Made by a program: the position numbers and the translations under genes
Notes under the pieces: model-generated
What the model saw: the letters and a program-made list of their open reading frames with translations, nothing else
Databases searched by the model: none
What the model was told of the DNA's origin: nothing
In this document: in pieces, positions 1-9,299 of the stretch
Layout: each line of letters starts with the position of its first letter
How positions within the stretch are numbered: the stretch's first letter is position 1
DNA from: a bacterium
GTDB taxonomy: Bacteria > Krumholzibacteriota > Krumholzibacteriia > LZORAL124-64-63
Direction: 5' to 3'
DNA: 64,000 nt
Assembly (NCBI GenBank): GCA_031441465.1
Contig: JANOEP010000013.1
Coordinates: forward strand, 18,562-82,561

Positions 1-2
1 CG

Positions 3-893
3 GTGCTGGTCTACGAGCCGCGGCTCGGCGCCTTCGGCCGCGTCGCCTTCATCGATCGCAAGCTGGGTGTGGACGCGGAGCAGTCCGTCGGCCGGTTGGT
101 GTCGCCACAGAACGCCGGCGCGCTCATCCGTTGGCGCGAGGCCGAACCCACGACCCTCGATCCCGCCTCCTTGGCCGCCGGTCCCGAGTCCGGCGCCCTG
201 TTCGCGCCGCTGCCCGCGGGTTGGAGTACCGCAGCGGTCTTCAAGGCGGCCGCGAAGGACTTCGCCGACCACCTCTACCAGGACCATGAGCTGACCCTGC
301 CGCACTGCCCCGCCCTGGACCTGCACGGCTTGCCCGGCGAATCGGCCGCTGCGTTCGCCGGGCGCACCCAACTGGCGGCCCGCGAGCGCCGCGACGCCGA
401 CGTCGACAAGCTGCGCACGAAGGCCGAGACGGCCCTCGCGCGGCTGGTGACGAAGTTGGAACGGGAACAGCTGGAGCTGGCGCAGGACCGGGCCGACCAC
501 GCCTCGCGACAGCGCGAAGAACTGCTGTCGGCCGGCGAGACGATCGCCGGCATGCTCGGCGTCTTCGGGGGACGCCGGCGCACCGGCCTGGCGGCGGCGG
601 CGCGCAAACGCCACCTGACCGACAGCGCGCGGATGGACATCTCGGAATCGGAGCAGATGATCGTCGGCCTCGAGCGGGAGATCGCCGAGCTGCGCGCGCA
701 GCTCGAGCGTGACGCGGCCGGGATCGCCGCCCGCTGGGACGCCGCCGCGCAGGAGGTCGCCACGATCGCGGTCAAGCCGCGCCGCACCGACGTGCGGGTG
801 GATCTCGTCGCCCTGACCTGGGTGCCGGTCTGGGAATTCACCGTGCGGGAAGGCGGGGAACGGACCTCGACGCTGCGCGCGCCCTCGAGCTAG
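3..893 (+). CDS. C-terminal part of a probable HerA/DUF87-like ATP-binding protein (5'-truncated by window edge)
   Basis: Open from the window start; coiled-coil C-terminus (AARERRDA..REELLSAGETIAGMLG) resembles that family; ATPase motifs not in window. Confidence 0.5.
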   Translation: MLVYEPRLGAFGRVAFIDRKLGVDAEQSVGRLVSPQNAGALIRWREAEPTTLDPASLAAGPESGALFAPLPAGWSTAAVFKAAAKDFADHLYQDHELTLPHCPALDLHGLPGESAAAFAGRTQLAARERRDADVDKLRTKAETALARLVTKLEREQLELAQDRADHASRQREELLSAGETIAGMLGVFGGRRRTGLAAAARKRHLTDSARMDISESEQMIVGLEREIAELRAQLERDAAGIAARWDAAAQEVATIAVKPRRTDVRVDLVALTWVPVWEFTVREGGERTSTLRAPSS

Positions 894-1765
894 CGGACGA
901 CGACACCGGCGGCGCGGAACGCCAGGTAGTCCTGGATCAGCCCGTTGTACTTGTTGCAGAGCGCATCGTCGGCGAGCGCGTGGCGCACGTCGTCCGGCGT
1001 CGGGACGCGGTGCATCCCGGAGCTGACTCCCCGCAGGGCCTGCAGCACGCGCAGGTGTTCGGCGCGGGCGTCGGGATTGTCCGACACCACGATGTGGTGC
1101 TCGCCGAAACTGAACACGCCGTCCGGCGTCGCCGCCATCCACTCGATGAAGACCCGCATCGCGTCGTACTGGCGGTGGCGCAGCGCCTCCCGCGGCTCGA
1201 TCCAGTGCGGCTCGTGCACGAAGTTCACGGTGATCTCGGGCAGGTCGCCCACGAACCGGCAGACCAGCGTCTCCCCCGGCACGTCCAGCGCCACCATCTC
1301 CATCACCGTGCCCATCGACTTCTCCAGCTCGGCGGCGAAGAGGCGCATGCCCTCTTCCTTGTCGTCCGCGGTCTGGTAGGCCGCCTCCGCCTCCTCGAGC
1401 ATGAGCTGGACGGTGCGCAGGCGGTCGCTCATCGGCATGGGCAACCCATCGGCCGGGTCGGGCCGCATCATCGGCTCGAACGGCATCCCGGCCAGGAACA
1501 GGGTGTCCGAGCCGACGCCCGTGAACGTCCACGGCGGCGGGATGTGCGCGCCGTAGCCGACCAGCAGGGGTTGGTCGCCGCCGGCGACGGTGACCGTGCC
1601 GTCCTCGTTGATCGGGTAGGGGAAGAATTCGGCGCGGAAAAAGCGCCAGTAGACCACCAGGGTGACGATCAGCACGAGCTGAACGGCCGCCACCAGCAGA
1701 AAGACGCGCTTCCAGCTGAACTGCTGGGGATCGAACCGGGCATGATTCGTCATGGGGGATGTCAT
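890..1765 (-). CDS. hypothetical protein with N-terminal membrane anchor
   Basis: 291-aa ORF, one hydrophobic segment VFLLVAAVQLVLIVTLVVYW. Confidence 0.7.
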   Translation of the reverse strand: MTSPMTNHARFDPQQFSWKRVFLLVAAVQLVLIVTLVVYWRFFRAEFFPYPINEDGTVTVAGGDQPLLVGYGAHIPPPWTFTGVGSDTLFLAGMPFEPMMRPDPADGLPMPMSDRLRTVQLMLEEAEAAYQTADDKEEGMRLFAAELEKSMGTVMEMVALDVPGETLVCRFVGDLPEITVNFVHEPHWIEPREALRHRQYDAMRVFIEWMAATPDGVFSFGEHHIVVSDNPDARAEHLRVLQALRGVSSGMHRVPTPDDVRHALADDALCNKYNGLIQDYLAFRAAGVVVR

Positions 1766-1817
1766 CGGCCCGCATCGTCGCTGGTTGAGGGCGGACTGAC
1801 GCGACGCGGCGGGATCA

Positions 1818-3197
1818 TCAGCGCAGTCGCACCAGCCGCAGGGGCGCGGATCCCCGGCGATCGCGCCGGACGGCGTAGTACACGCCGGCGGCCACGTCCC
1901 GGCCGTCCGCGTCCCGGCCGTCCCAGCGGCGGCTCAGGTCGGCTCCGTCGGGCACGAGCTCCAGCCGGCGCACGACACGGCCGCGGGCGTCCAGGATCGC
2001 AACTTCCACGGGAGACAAGACCGTCTTGCCGGCCGGGTCGCGGCCGACCAACGCCACGGTCGTCCCGCCTTCGAAAGGATTCGGCCAGCCGCGCAGCGTC
2101 GACGGGCGCGGCGGAGCCGCTCCCACTTCCGTCAGCGCGGGCAGACCCAGCAGGTAGTCCAGGACCCGCTGCTCGTGGCCGAGCATGGAATCCGGGACGT
2201 GACCGCCCTGCGGGTACACGTAGTAGGCGTACTGCGGCGCCGTGGCGCCTTTCCCGGTCATGACCGAGTCGGCCCGCGCGCTGTGCAGGATCGGCACGAC
2301 GACGTCCAACTCGCCGTGGTGGATCTGCAGGGGAACCTCGGCGTGCAGGTGCGGCAGGACGCACCAGGAGATCAGCGAGTGCCGGGCCTGGGCCAGGGTG
2401 AGTTGTCCGGCCAGCCACGGCGCGGCGATCAGATCCGCCAGCTCGCGGCCGAGGGAGTCTTCAGTAGACCCGGTGTCGAGACGCTCTTGGGCGCTCAGGC
2501 GCACGTGGTCCATGAAGAAGTCCGTCGGGGCGTAGCGGATCGCCGTACGCCGCACCCGCGGATCGCGCAAGGCCAAGTGGTAGGCCACGTTGCCGCCGCG
2601 GCTGCCGCCCAGCACCACGACGTAGCCGGGGTCCGCCTGCGGGATGTTCAGCAGCACGGCCGTCAGCAGCGCCATCGTGTCGTCGCAGTCGCGGTCGAAG
2701 GGCGACGGCTCGCCGCCGCTGATGCGCATGCCCAGCGGTTCACCGCCGTTGAGCGGCTCGGAGCGGAAGGTGGGCGCGACGATCAGGAAGCTGTCGGCCA
2801 GCGCCGTGCCCGGGAAGTCCTGGTCGAAGTTCACCAGGAAGTCGAGGGTCAGCCCGTCGAAGCCGCCGTGCAGCAGCACCAGGACCGGGAAGCGGCCCTG
2901 TGGCTGCCAGAGCCGCGGGAAACGCAGGCCGCCGTAATGGGTGAAGCCCTCGATCTCGTGGCTGACGGCCTGCACCGAGTAGCCCGTCGCGGGATCGACG
3001 CCCGTGCGCACGACATTCCAATTCGTGGGCGTGGGCAGGCGTCCGGCCCAATCCTGCCCCACCATCGCGATCTCCGCCGGGCTGGCCGGCGCGAACAGGG
3101 CGGACAGGTCGGTCTGGGCCATGGCGGCCGCGACGCTCAACACAACTGCCAGAAAGACGAGCACCGGGGGCGCACGCCGCAAGATGATCGGACTCAT
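1818..3197 (-). CDS. secreted alpha/beta hydrolase (S9-like) with C-terminal FlgD-Ig/CTD-like domain
   Basis: Signal peptide; LLHGG, GGSRGG nucleophile elbow, HHGELDVVV, GGH; tail PNPFEG..WDGRDADG..GVYY. Confidence 0.8.
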   Translation of the reverse strand: MSPIILRRAPPVLVFLAVVLSVAAAMAQTDLSALFAPASPAEIAMVGQDWAGRLPTPTNWNVVRTGVDPATGYSVQAVSHEIEGFTHYGGLRFPRLWQPQGRFPVLVLLHGGFDGLTLDFLVNFDQDFPGTALADSFLIVAPTFRSEPLNGGEPLGMRISGGEPSPFDRDCDDTMALLTAVLLNIPQADPGYVVVLGGSRGGNVAYHLALRDPRVRRTAIRYAPTDFFMDHVRLSAQERLDTGSTEDSLGRELADLIAAPWLAGQLTLAQARHSLISWCVLPHLHAEVPLQIHHGELDVVVPILHSARADSVMTGKGATAPQYAYYVYPQGGHVPDSMLGHEQRVLDYLLGLPALTEVGAAPPRPSTLRGWPNPFEGGTTVALVGRDPAGKTVLSPVEVAILDARGRVVRRLELVPDGADLSRRWDGRDADGRDVAAGVYYAVRRDRRGSAPLRLVRLR

Positions 3198-3306
3198 CGC
3201 ATCTCCTCCGGGATAACGACAAGCAACGCCCGATCGTTGAAAACGTCAAACACGCGCGGTCCTGACCGGGCTTGCCCATGGCGCGGCGTACTGGTAGATT
3301 GCGGCC

Positions 3307-4059
3307 ATGAAAGACGAACGCGGCTCCCCACCCCTCTATCCCCCGGCCGATCCGGCCCTGCTCGAACGCGCCGACTACGAGACGGAGCCGATCCAACGCG
3401 GGGAATACGTGACCGCCATGGTCCACCTCTACCGGGGCGAGATGCACCGCGCCCTGGAGTGGCGCAAGCGCCTGGACACCACCACGCACTGGGCCCTGGT
3501 CTCGACGGTCGGCATCCTGACCTTCAGCTTCAGCAACCCGAACTTTTCCCAGGAAACGCTCATCACCGGCATGTACGCCAACCTGATGTTCCTCTACCAC
3601 GAGGCACGGCGCTTCCGGTTCTTCGACGTCTGGCGCTCGCGGGTCCGGATGATCGAGGAGAATTTCTACGGGCCGATCCTGCGCCGCGACCCGCACAGCC
3701 CGATGGAGGGCTGGGGCGACCAGGTGGCCGAGGACCTGCTGCACCCGAAGTTCAAGATCACGCGACTGCAGGCGATGCGGGCGCGCTTGAAGCGCAACTA
3801 CATCTACCTCTTCGCCTTCATGCTGGTGGCCTGGATGGGTCGCGCCTGGGGTCAGCCCGCCGTCACCCAGCAGGATGGTCTGCCCGGCCTGTTCTCGATC
3901 GGGCTGCTGCCCTGGTGGGTGCCGGTCTCGCTGGTCATCGGCCTTTACGGCTTCCTGGCCGGCATCCTGGTCTTCACGCCCCACGTGAAGCCGGCCGAGG
4001 AAAGCTACTGGCCCGACCCCGAGCACTGCGGCGAGGACATTCCCAGTCTCGACGTCTAG
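3307..4059 (+). CDS. DUF2270 family membrane protein
   Basis: HLYRGEM..WRKRLDTTTHWA and EARRFRFFDVWRSRVR motifs. Confidence 0.8.
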   Translation: MKDERGSPPLYPPADPALLERADYETEPIQRGEYVTAMVHLYRGEMHRALEWRKRLDTTTHWALVSTVGILTFSFSNPNFSQETLITGMYANLMFLYHEARRFRFFDVWRSRVRMIEENFYGPILRRDPHSPMEGWGDQVAEDLLHPKFKITRLQAMRARLKRNYIYLFAFMLVAWMGRAWGQPAVTQQDGLPGLFSIGLLPWWVPVSLVIGLYGFLAGILVFTPHVKPAEESYWPDPEHCGEDIPSLDV

Positions 4060-4454
4060 AGCGCGTCGTCCCGCGGCTGCAACAGGGCCATGTGGGCTCC
4101 CGCCGGATCGCAGATCACGCAAAACGTACCGTATTCGCCCAAGGATCGCGGTCCGGCGATCACCTTGCCGCCGCGGGCCGAGCAGGCCTTGAGGCTCGCC
4201 TCGAGATCGACGACCGTGACGTACGCCAGCCACCGCGGCGGCAATCCCGTGTTCGGGCCCCGCGCGTGGCAGATCCCGGCAACCACCCCGCCGTCCCGGT
4301 TGAGCATCAGGAAGTCGTCGTAGTCGCCCATCGGCACCAGCTCGAAGCCCCAGCCCGCAACCTCGCCGTAGAAATCCCGCAGGCCCTCGGCGTCCTCGAC
4401 CGTCAGGTCGAACCAGCCCACCGTGCCGATCGGCATGTTCTTCTCGTCACTCAT
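4056..4454 (-). CDS. VOC (glyoxalase/bleomycin resistance) family protein
   Basis: GWFDLTV..FYGEVAGW..WLAYVTV..DPAG; start trimmed to ATG at 4454. Confidence 0.85.
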   Translation of the reverse strand: MSDEKNMPIGTVGWFDLTVEDAEGLRDFYGEVAGWGFELVPMGDYDDFLMLNRDGGVVAGICHARGPNTGLPPRWLAYVTVVDLEASLKACSARGGKVIAGPRSLGEYGTFCVICDPAGAHMALLQPRDDAL

Positions 4455-4459
4455 GTCGC

Positions 4460-5314
4460 TCACCCTTCGTCGGGAAACAGGGTCAGGGGGCCGGCCGGTG
4501 CGTCCGCCGGGGCGACGGTGGCGACGGCGCCGGGCTTGGCCGGGAAACGGCCGACGAGCGCGTCGCTCAGGATCGTGCGCACCTCGTCGCTGAAGTCGTT
4601 GCCCAGCATCCAGCTCAGGTAACCGGGGGTCGCGCGGGCGATCTCCTCGAGCGGCTTGCCCTGATGCTTGCCGAAGGTGAAGCAGGCCCGGCCGTGGTCG
4701 TCCCACTCGAACTTGCGCGAGCGGTCGACGAAGCGGCCCTCGTTGGGGTTGCTGAGGCGGTGCAGGTCGTCGACGTCGCCGTTCAGCTCGTCGTAGCAGG
4801 CGACCATGGCGTCGAGCACCTCGAGCGTCGCCTCGACGTCGGCCAGCGCGGCGTGGGCCGCGGTCAGGTCCTTGCCGCAGTACTTACGGTAGGCCGCGGT
4901 CAGGTTGCGCGGCTCCATGGCGTGGAAGATGCGCATGGCGTCGAGGTGGCGCCGGCCCGCGAGTTCGATCGGCGACCCCACGCGGCGCAGTTCCGTTTCC
5001 AGCAGGGGCGCGTCGAAACCGATCGAGTTGAAGCCGCAGAGGTCGGCCCCCTCGAAGAGCGCGACGATCTCGGCGGCGACGGCGGCCAGGGTCGGCGCGT
5101 CGCGCACATCGTCGTCGGAGATCCCGTGGACGGCGGTCGCCGGCGGCGGGATGGGCATCTCGGGGTTGACCAGGGTGCGGTAGCTGCGGCGCGATCCGCC
5201 CGGCTCCACGCGCACCAGCCCGATCTCCACGATGCGGTCGCGGTCGGGGCTGGTGCCGGTCGTCTCGAGGTCGAAGCAGACCAGGGGGCGCTGCAGGTCC
5301 AGGTTCTTGAGCAT
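4460..5314 (-). CDS. DEDDh 3'-5' exonuclease (DnaQ/epsilon-like)
   Basis: FDLETTG, FNSIGFD, AHAALADV; C-terminal FGKHQG; ATG at 5314 after AAGGAG. Confidence 0.85.
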   Translation of the reverse strand: MLKNLDLQRPLVCFDLETTGTSPDRDRIVEIGLVRVEPGGSRRSYRTLVNPEMPIPPPATAVHGISDDDVRDAPTLAAVAAEIVALFEGADLCGFNSIGFDAPLLETELRRVGSPIELAGRRHLDAMRIFHAMEPRNLTAAYRKYCGKDLTAAHAALADVEATLEVLDAMVACYDELNGDVDDLHRLSNPNEGRFVDRSRKFEWDDHGRACFTFGKHQGKPLEEIARATPGYLSWMLGNDFSDEVRTILSDALVGRFPAKPGAVATVAPADAPAGPLTLFPDEG

Positions 5315-5420
5315 GGGTCTCCTTGGCGTTCGTTCCCCGGCCGGACATCGGGCGCGGGAACGCCGGCACAGATTGCCACAGCCGGACGTCCGCTGCCAAT
5401 GCCGAACGGCGCTGCCGGGC

Positions 5421-5453
5421 AAGAAGAAGGCCCCGGCCTGCAAGCCGGAGCCT
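5421..5453 (-). terminator. probable intrinsic terminator after ilvE
   Basis: GC-rich hairpin followed by TTCTTCTT on the minus strand. Confidence 0.5.
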
Positions 5454-5476
5454 CTCCCCAATCATCGCGGTTTCCC

Positions 5477-6550
5477 TCACACGTGAGCGAACACCGGCAC
5501 CTTCTCGATCCACTCGGGGTGCAGGTCGCTGGTCCCGGCGTGGATCGCGCACAGGGCCTCGCGCAAACGGCGCGTGACAGGCCCTTCCTGGCCGTCGGCC
5601 ACCTGGTGGTCCTGGCCTCGGAAGCTGAGCGAGCCGATGGAGGTGACGACGGCCGCGGTGCCGCAGGCGAAGGCCTCCAGCAGCTTGCCGCTGTCGGCGT
5701 CGGCGCAGAGGTCCCGGATCAGCGGCGGCATCTCGGTCCAGTTCAGGCCGAAATCGCGGCAGAGGACGCCGACCGAGTCGCGGGTCACGCCGTTCAGGAT
5801 GGTGTCGCCGATGGCGGCGGTGATCACCTTGTCGGCGTAGACGAAGGCGATGTTCATCGCCCCCATCTCCTCGACCGACGACATCGTGCGCGCGTCCAGC
5901 CAGACGATCTGGTCGAACCCCTCCTGCTGCGCGAGCTTGATCGGCAGCAGGGCGGCCCCGTAGTTGCCGCCGGTCTTGGCCCCGCCGACGCCGCCGGGCG
6001 CCGAGCGCACGTAGGTGTCCTCGGCCTTGACCCGCAACGGCTTGCTGCCGCCGGCGAAGTAGCTGCCGACCGGGCCGATGATGATGTAGAACAGGTACTC
6101 GGTGCTCGCCTTGACGCCCAGCCCGCGCTGGGTCGAGATCATCGTCGGGCGGATGTAGAGCGCGTCGGGCGATTGCGGCACCCAGTCGCGGTCCAGGTCG
6201 ATCAGCCGCTTGAGGGCCTCCATGAAGAGCTTGGCGTCGACCCGCGGCATGCACATCCGGTCGCAGGAGCGGCCGAAGCGGGCGATGTTCATGTCCGGCC
6301 GGAACATGTGGACCGAGCCGTCCACGGGATGGGCGTAGGCCTTCATCCCCTCGAAGATCTCCTGCCCGTAGTGGAGCACCTTGGCCGCGGGGTCGAGCAC
6401 GATGTCGTGGTACGGGACGATGACCGGTCTTCCCCAGGCTCCGTCCCGGAACGGCATCTCGAACATGTGCGGGGTGAAGATGCTGCCGAAACCGAAATCG
6501 CCGCGCGGGGGCGCCGGCGGGTTCGGATGACGGGTGACCCGGATCTCCAT
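5477..6550 (-). CDS. ilvE: branched-chain amino acid aminotransferase
   Basis: LHYGQEIFEGMKAY, LYIRP, AKTGGNY (PLP Lys), ILNGVTR, CGTAA; ATG at 6550 after GAGGAGG. Confidence 0.93.
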   Translation of the reverse strand: MEIRVTRHPNPPAPPRGDFGFGSIFTPHMFEMPFRDGAWGRPVIVPYHDIVLDPAAKVLHYGQEIFEGMKAYAHPVDGSVHMFRPDMNIARFGRSCDRMCMPRVDAKLFMEALKRLIDLDRDWVPQSPDALYIRPTMISTQRGLGVKASTEYLFYIIIGPVGSYFAGGSKPLRVKAEDTYVRSAPGGVGGAKTGGNYGAALLPIKLAQQEGFDQIVWLDARTMSSVEEMGAMNIAFVYADKVITAAIGDTILNGVTRDSVGVLCRDFGLNWTEMPPLIRDLCADADSGKLLEAFACGTAAVVTSIGSLSFRGQDHQVADGQEGPVTRRLREALCAIHAGTSDLHPEWIEKVPVFAHV

Positions 6551-6709
6551 GGGTGCCTCCTCGGCGGATTCGAAATCCACGGACGGGACGATCGTGGGAC
6601 GGTCCTGACCCGCCAATCGTCGCCCATCAGCGGAAAAAAATCAAGGGGGGTGGCGCCCGATACCGGGCCGTTGTCGTATGCATTTTCAACGGGTTGGGAG
6701 CGAGGCGGG

Positions 6710-8023
6710 TCAGGCGCGATCCTGCCGTGTCGCGAGGGTGCCGCCTTCGCCGGACTCCGCGGGGAACGCCTCCGGGAGCTTCCCGGCCCGCGCACCATCC
6801 GCGGAATCGGCGGGGGCGGGTTCTTCGGACTGCGGAGCCCGCAGGGCGCCGGCCAACCCAAACACGATCTCGGCGATCGCCGCGACCACCAGCACCTGCC
6901 CGGCTCCCCACAGGGAAGCCAGGGTCGGGCCGGCCAGGACCGACAGCAGGGTCACCGGTCCGAGCAGCGGGCCCAGCCAGCCGAAGATGCGGCCGCGGCG
7001 CTCCGGTGGTGTTTCCCGTTGCAGGAAGGTGGCGAGGTTGATCTGGATGCCGGTGCTGATCGCCCCGAACAGGGCGAACAGGACCAGCGCCCCGGCGAAG
7101 CTGCGGTTCACGGCGAACAGCCCCAGCAACAGGCCGTCCAGCGCCACCAGCAGGCCGACCGCCCGCAGGGGCCGGCGCGTGCCGCGGGTCAGCACGCCGG
7201 CGGCGGCGCCCAGCAGACCTCCCAAGCCGGCGGTGGCGAAGATCAGGCCCAGGTCCCCCTCGCTGCGCCCCAGCATCCGCGTGACGAACTCGTAGACCAG
7301 CGGCGGTTGCATGGCCGTGACCATCGTCACCAGACCCAGGAACAGCACCGCGAAGCGCAGGGACGGCCGCCCCCACAGCCAAACCACCCCCTGACGCACG
7401 TCGTGCCACTTCTCGGCGGGTCGCTCCGGGACGGCGGACTCCGGCAGGCGCCGCTCGACCGTGAGGTAACGGAAGGGCCGGACCGCCAGGATCGCGGCCG
7501 AGATCAGGAACGTGGCGCCGTCGACCAGGAACGCCGGCATGACGCCCAGCGTGTGGACGATCAGGCCGCCCGCCGCCATGCCCACCAGCAGCATCGCGTT
7601 CTGCGAGATCATGAACAGGGCGTTCGAGTGCCCGAGTTGCTCGGACGGGACGAGGTCCGGCAGCAGGGCCATGCGAGCCGGCCCGGTCAGGTTGCGCCCG
7701 GCGGCCAGCAGGGACGCCAGCAGGTAAACCTGCCACAGTTCGGGCACGAAGGGGATGATGCAGACCACCGCCGTGGAGAACAGGTCGCTGGCGATCATCA
7801 TGCCGCGACGACTCCAGCGGTCGACCATGACGCCCGCGAAGGGCCCCAGCAAGACGCCGGGCAACACCTGGACGGCGGCCAGCAGGCCCAGGCTCGCCAC
7901 GTTGCCGGTGCGGTGGTAGACGAGGGAGAAGAACGCCAGGATCGCGATCTTGTCGCCGAGGCCGCTGACGAACGACGCGGCCCAGACCGCCAGGAAGCTG
8001 CGGTTGGCGAACAATGGTCTCAA
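6710..8023 (-). CDS. MFS transporter (MFS_3/DHA3-like)
   Basis: About 12 hydrophobic segments; motif A GVMVDRWSRR. Confidence 0.85.
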   Translation of the reverse strand: MRPLFANRSFLAVWAASFVSGLGDKIAILAFFSLVYHRTGNVASLGLLAAVQVLPGVLLGPFAGVMVDRWSRRGMMIASDLFSTAVVCIIPFVPELWQVYLLASLLAAGRNLTGPARMALLPDLVPSEQLGHSNALFMISQNAMLLVGMAAGGLIVHTLGVMPAFLVDGATFLISAAILAVRPFRYLTVERRLPESAVPERPAEKWHDVRQGVVWLWGRPSLRFAVLFLGLVTMVTAMQPPLVYEFVTRMLGRSEGDLGLIFATAGLGGLLGAAAGVLTRGTRRPLRAVGLLVALDGLLLGLFAVNRSFAGALVLFALFGAISTGIQINLATFLQRETPPERRGRIFGWLGPLLGPVTLLSVLAGPTLASLWGAGQVLVVAAIAEIVFGLAGALRAPQSEEPAPADSADGARAGKLPEAFPAESGEGGTLATRQDRA

Positions 8024-8134
8024 CGGACTCCGTCCCTTCGCGGCCGGGATCCTTCCCGGCTTGGGGGTCGAGCAGGTCGCGTGGGTGATGTTAGCCGCGA
8101 CCGGACGGCGTCGGCAAGCGCGGATTGGCCGGGA

Positions 8135-9295
8135 TCAGCCCAGTTCGGCCCGCAACGCCGCCACCAGACGGTCGACGTCCCCGGTCGTGTTGTAGCCGTG
8201 GATCGAGATGCGCAGCCAGTCGCGGTTCGCGAAACGCGTGACCGGCACCTCGATCAGGTGGTCGCGCCGCAGGGCGAGTTGCAGGGCCGTCGCGTCGACG
8301 CCCGCGGGCAGCGGCACGGCCGCCATCTGCAGCAGCCAGGGATCGGGTGGGCAGGGCGCCGGCAGGTGGACGACGTCCAGCAGCCGCGCGCGCGACTCCA
8401 GCAGCAGCTCGCGGCAGCTCGCCCGCACCCGCGGCCAGTCGTGCTCGGCGAAAAAATCCAGCGCGGCCGGCACCGCCAGGTAAGCCGACACGTCGCGCGT
8501 GCCGATCCACTCCTGCTCGTCGATGAAGCGACTCGGGCCCGGATTTTCGTCGCGCCAGCCCCAGCTCACGGCCAGGGGTTCGATCAGGTCCTGCCGATCC
8601 TCGCGCACATAGAGCAGCGCCGCGCCCTTGGGCGACATCAGCCACTTGTGGCAATTGCCGACGTAGACGTCGGCGCCGAGGGCGTGCAGATCCAGGTCCA
8701 GCTGACCGGGCCCATGGGCGCCGTCGACGATCGTGAAGATCCCGCGCGCCCGCGCCCGCGCCACCAGCTCCTCCACGGGCAGGCGCACGCCGCTGGTCGA
8801 GGAGATCTGGCTGACGAAGAGCACGCGCGTGCGCCCGCTCACCCCGCCCCACACCGCTTCGACGACCGCCTGCGGGTCGCCCAGCGGCAACGGCAACACC
8901 CGCGGCACGTGCACCGCGCCGGTCTTCCCGCAGACGAAGGCCCAGGTGCGGTCCATGGCGCCGTACTCGTGGTCGGTCGAGAGGATCTCGTCGCCGGGGC
9001 GCAGGTCCAGGGAGCGGGCCACGATGTTCAGACCGGTGGTGGTGTTCGGAACGAACACGATCTCGTCGCGGTCGGCGCCCACGAAGGCGGCCAGCCGGGC
9101 TCGCGCGGCGGCCAGGCGGTCGGGCAGGGTGCGCTCACGGGCCAGGAAGTCGACCGGCTCGGCTTCGAGTTCCCGTTGCAGGTTCTGGTAGACGTCGAAC
9201 ACGGGCCGGGGGCAGGCCCCGAAGGAGCCGTGGTTCAGGAAGACGACGTCGTCGCGCAGCAGGAACAGGCGGCGCAGTGCGAGGGCGGTAGTCAT
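8135..9295 (-). CDS. class V PLP aminotransferase (isopenicillin N epimerase/cysteine desulfhydrase-like)
   Basis: FLNHGSFGACP, VDGAH, GNCHKW, GTRD motifs. Confidence 0.85.
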   Translation of the reverse strand: MTTALALRRLFLLRDDVVFLNHGSFGACPRPVFDVYQNLQRELEAEPVDFLARERTLPDRLAAARARLAAFVGADRDEIVFVPNTTTGLNIVARSLDLRPGDEILSTDHEYGAMDRTWAFVCGKTGAVHVPRVLPLPLGDPQAVVEAVWGGVSGRTRVLFVSQISSTSGVRLPVEELVARARARGIFTIVDGAHGPGQLDLDLHALGADVYVGNCHKWLMSPKGAALLYVREDRQDLIEPLAVSWGWRDENPGPSRFIDEQEWIGTRDVSAYLAVPAALDFFAEHDWPRVRASCRELLLESRARLLDVVHLPAPCPPDPWLLQMAAVPLPAGVDATALQLALRRDHLIEVPVTRFANRDWLRISIHGYNTTGDVDRLVAALRAELG

Positions 9296-9299
9296 CCGA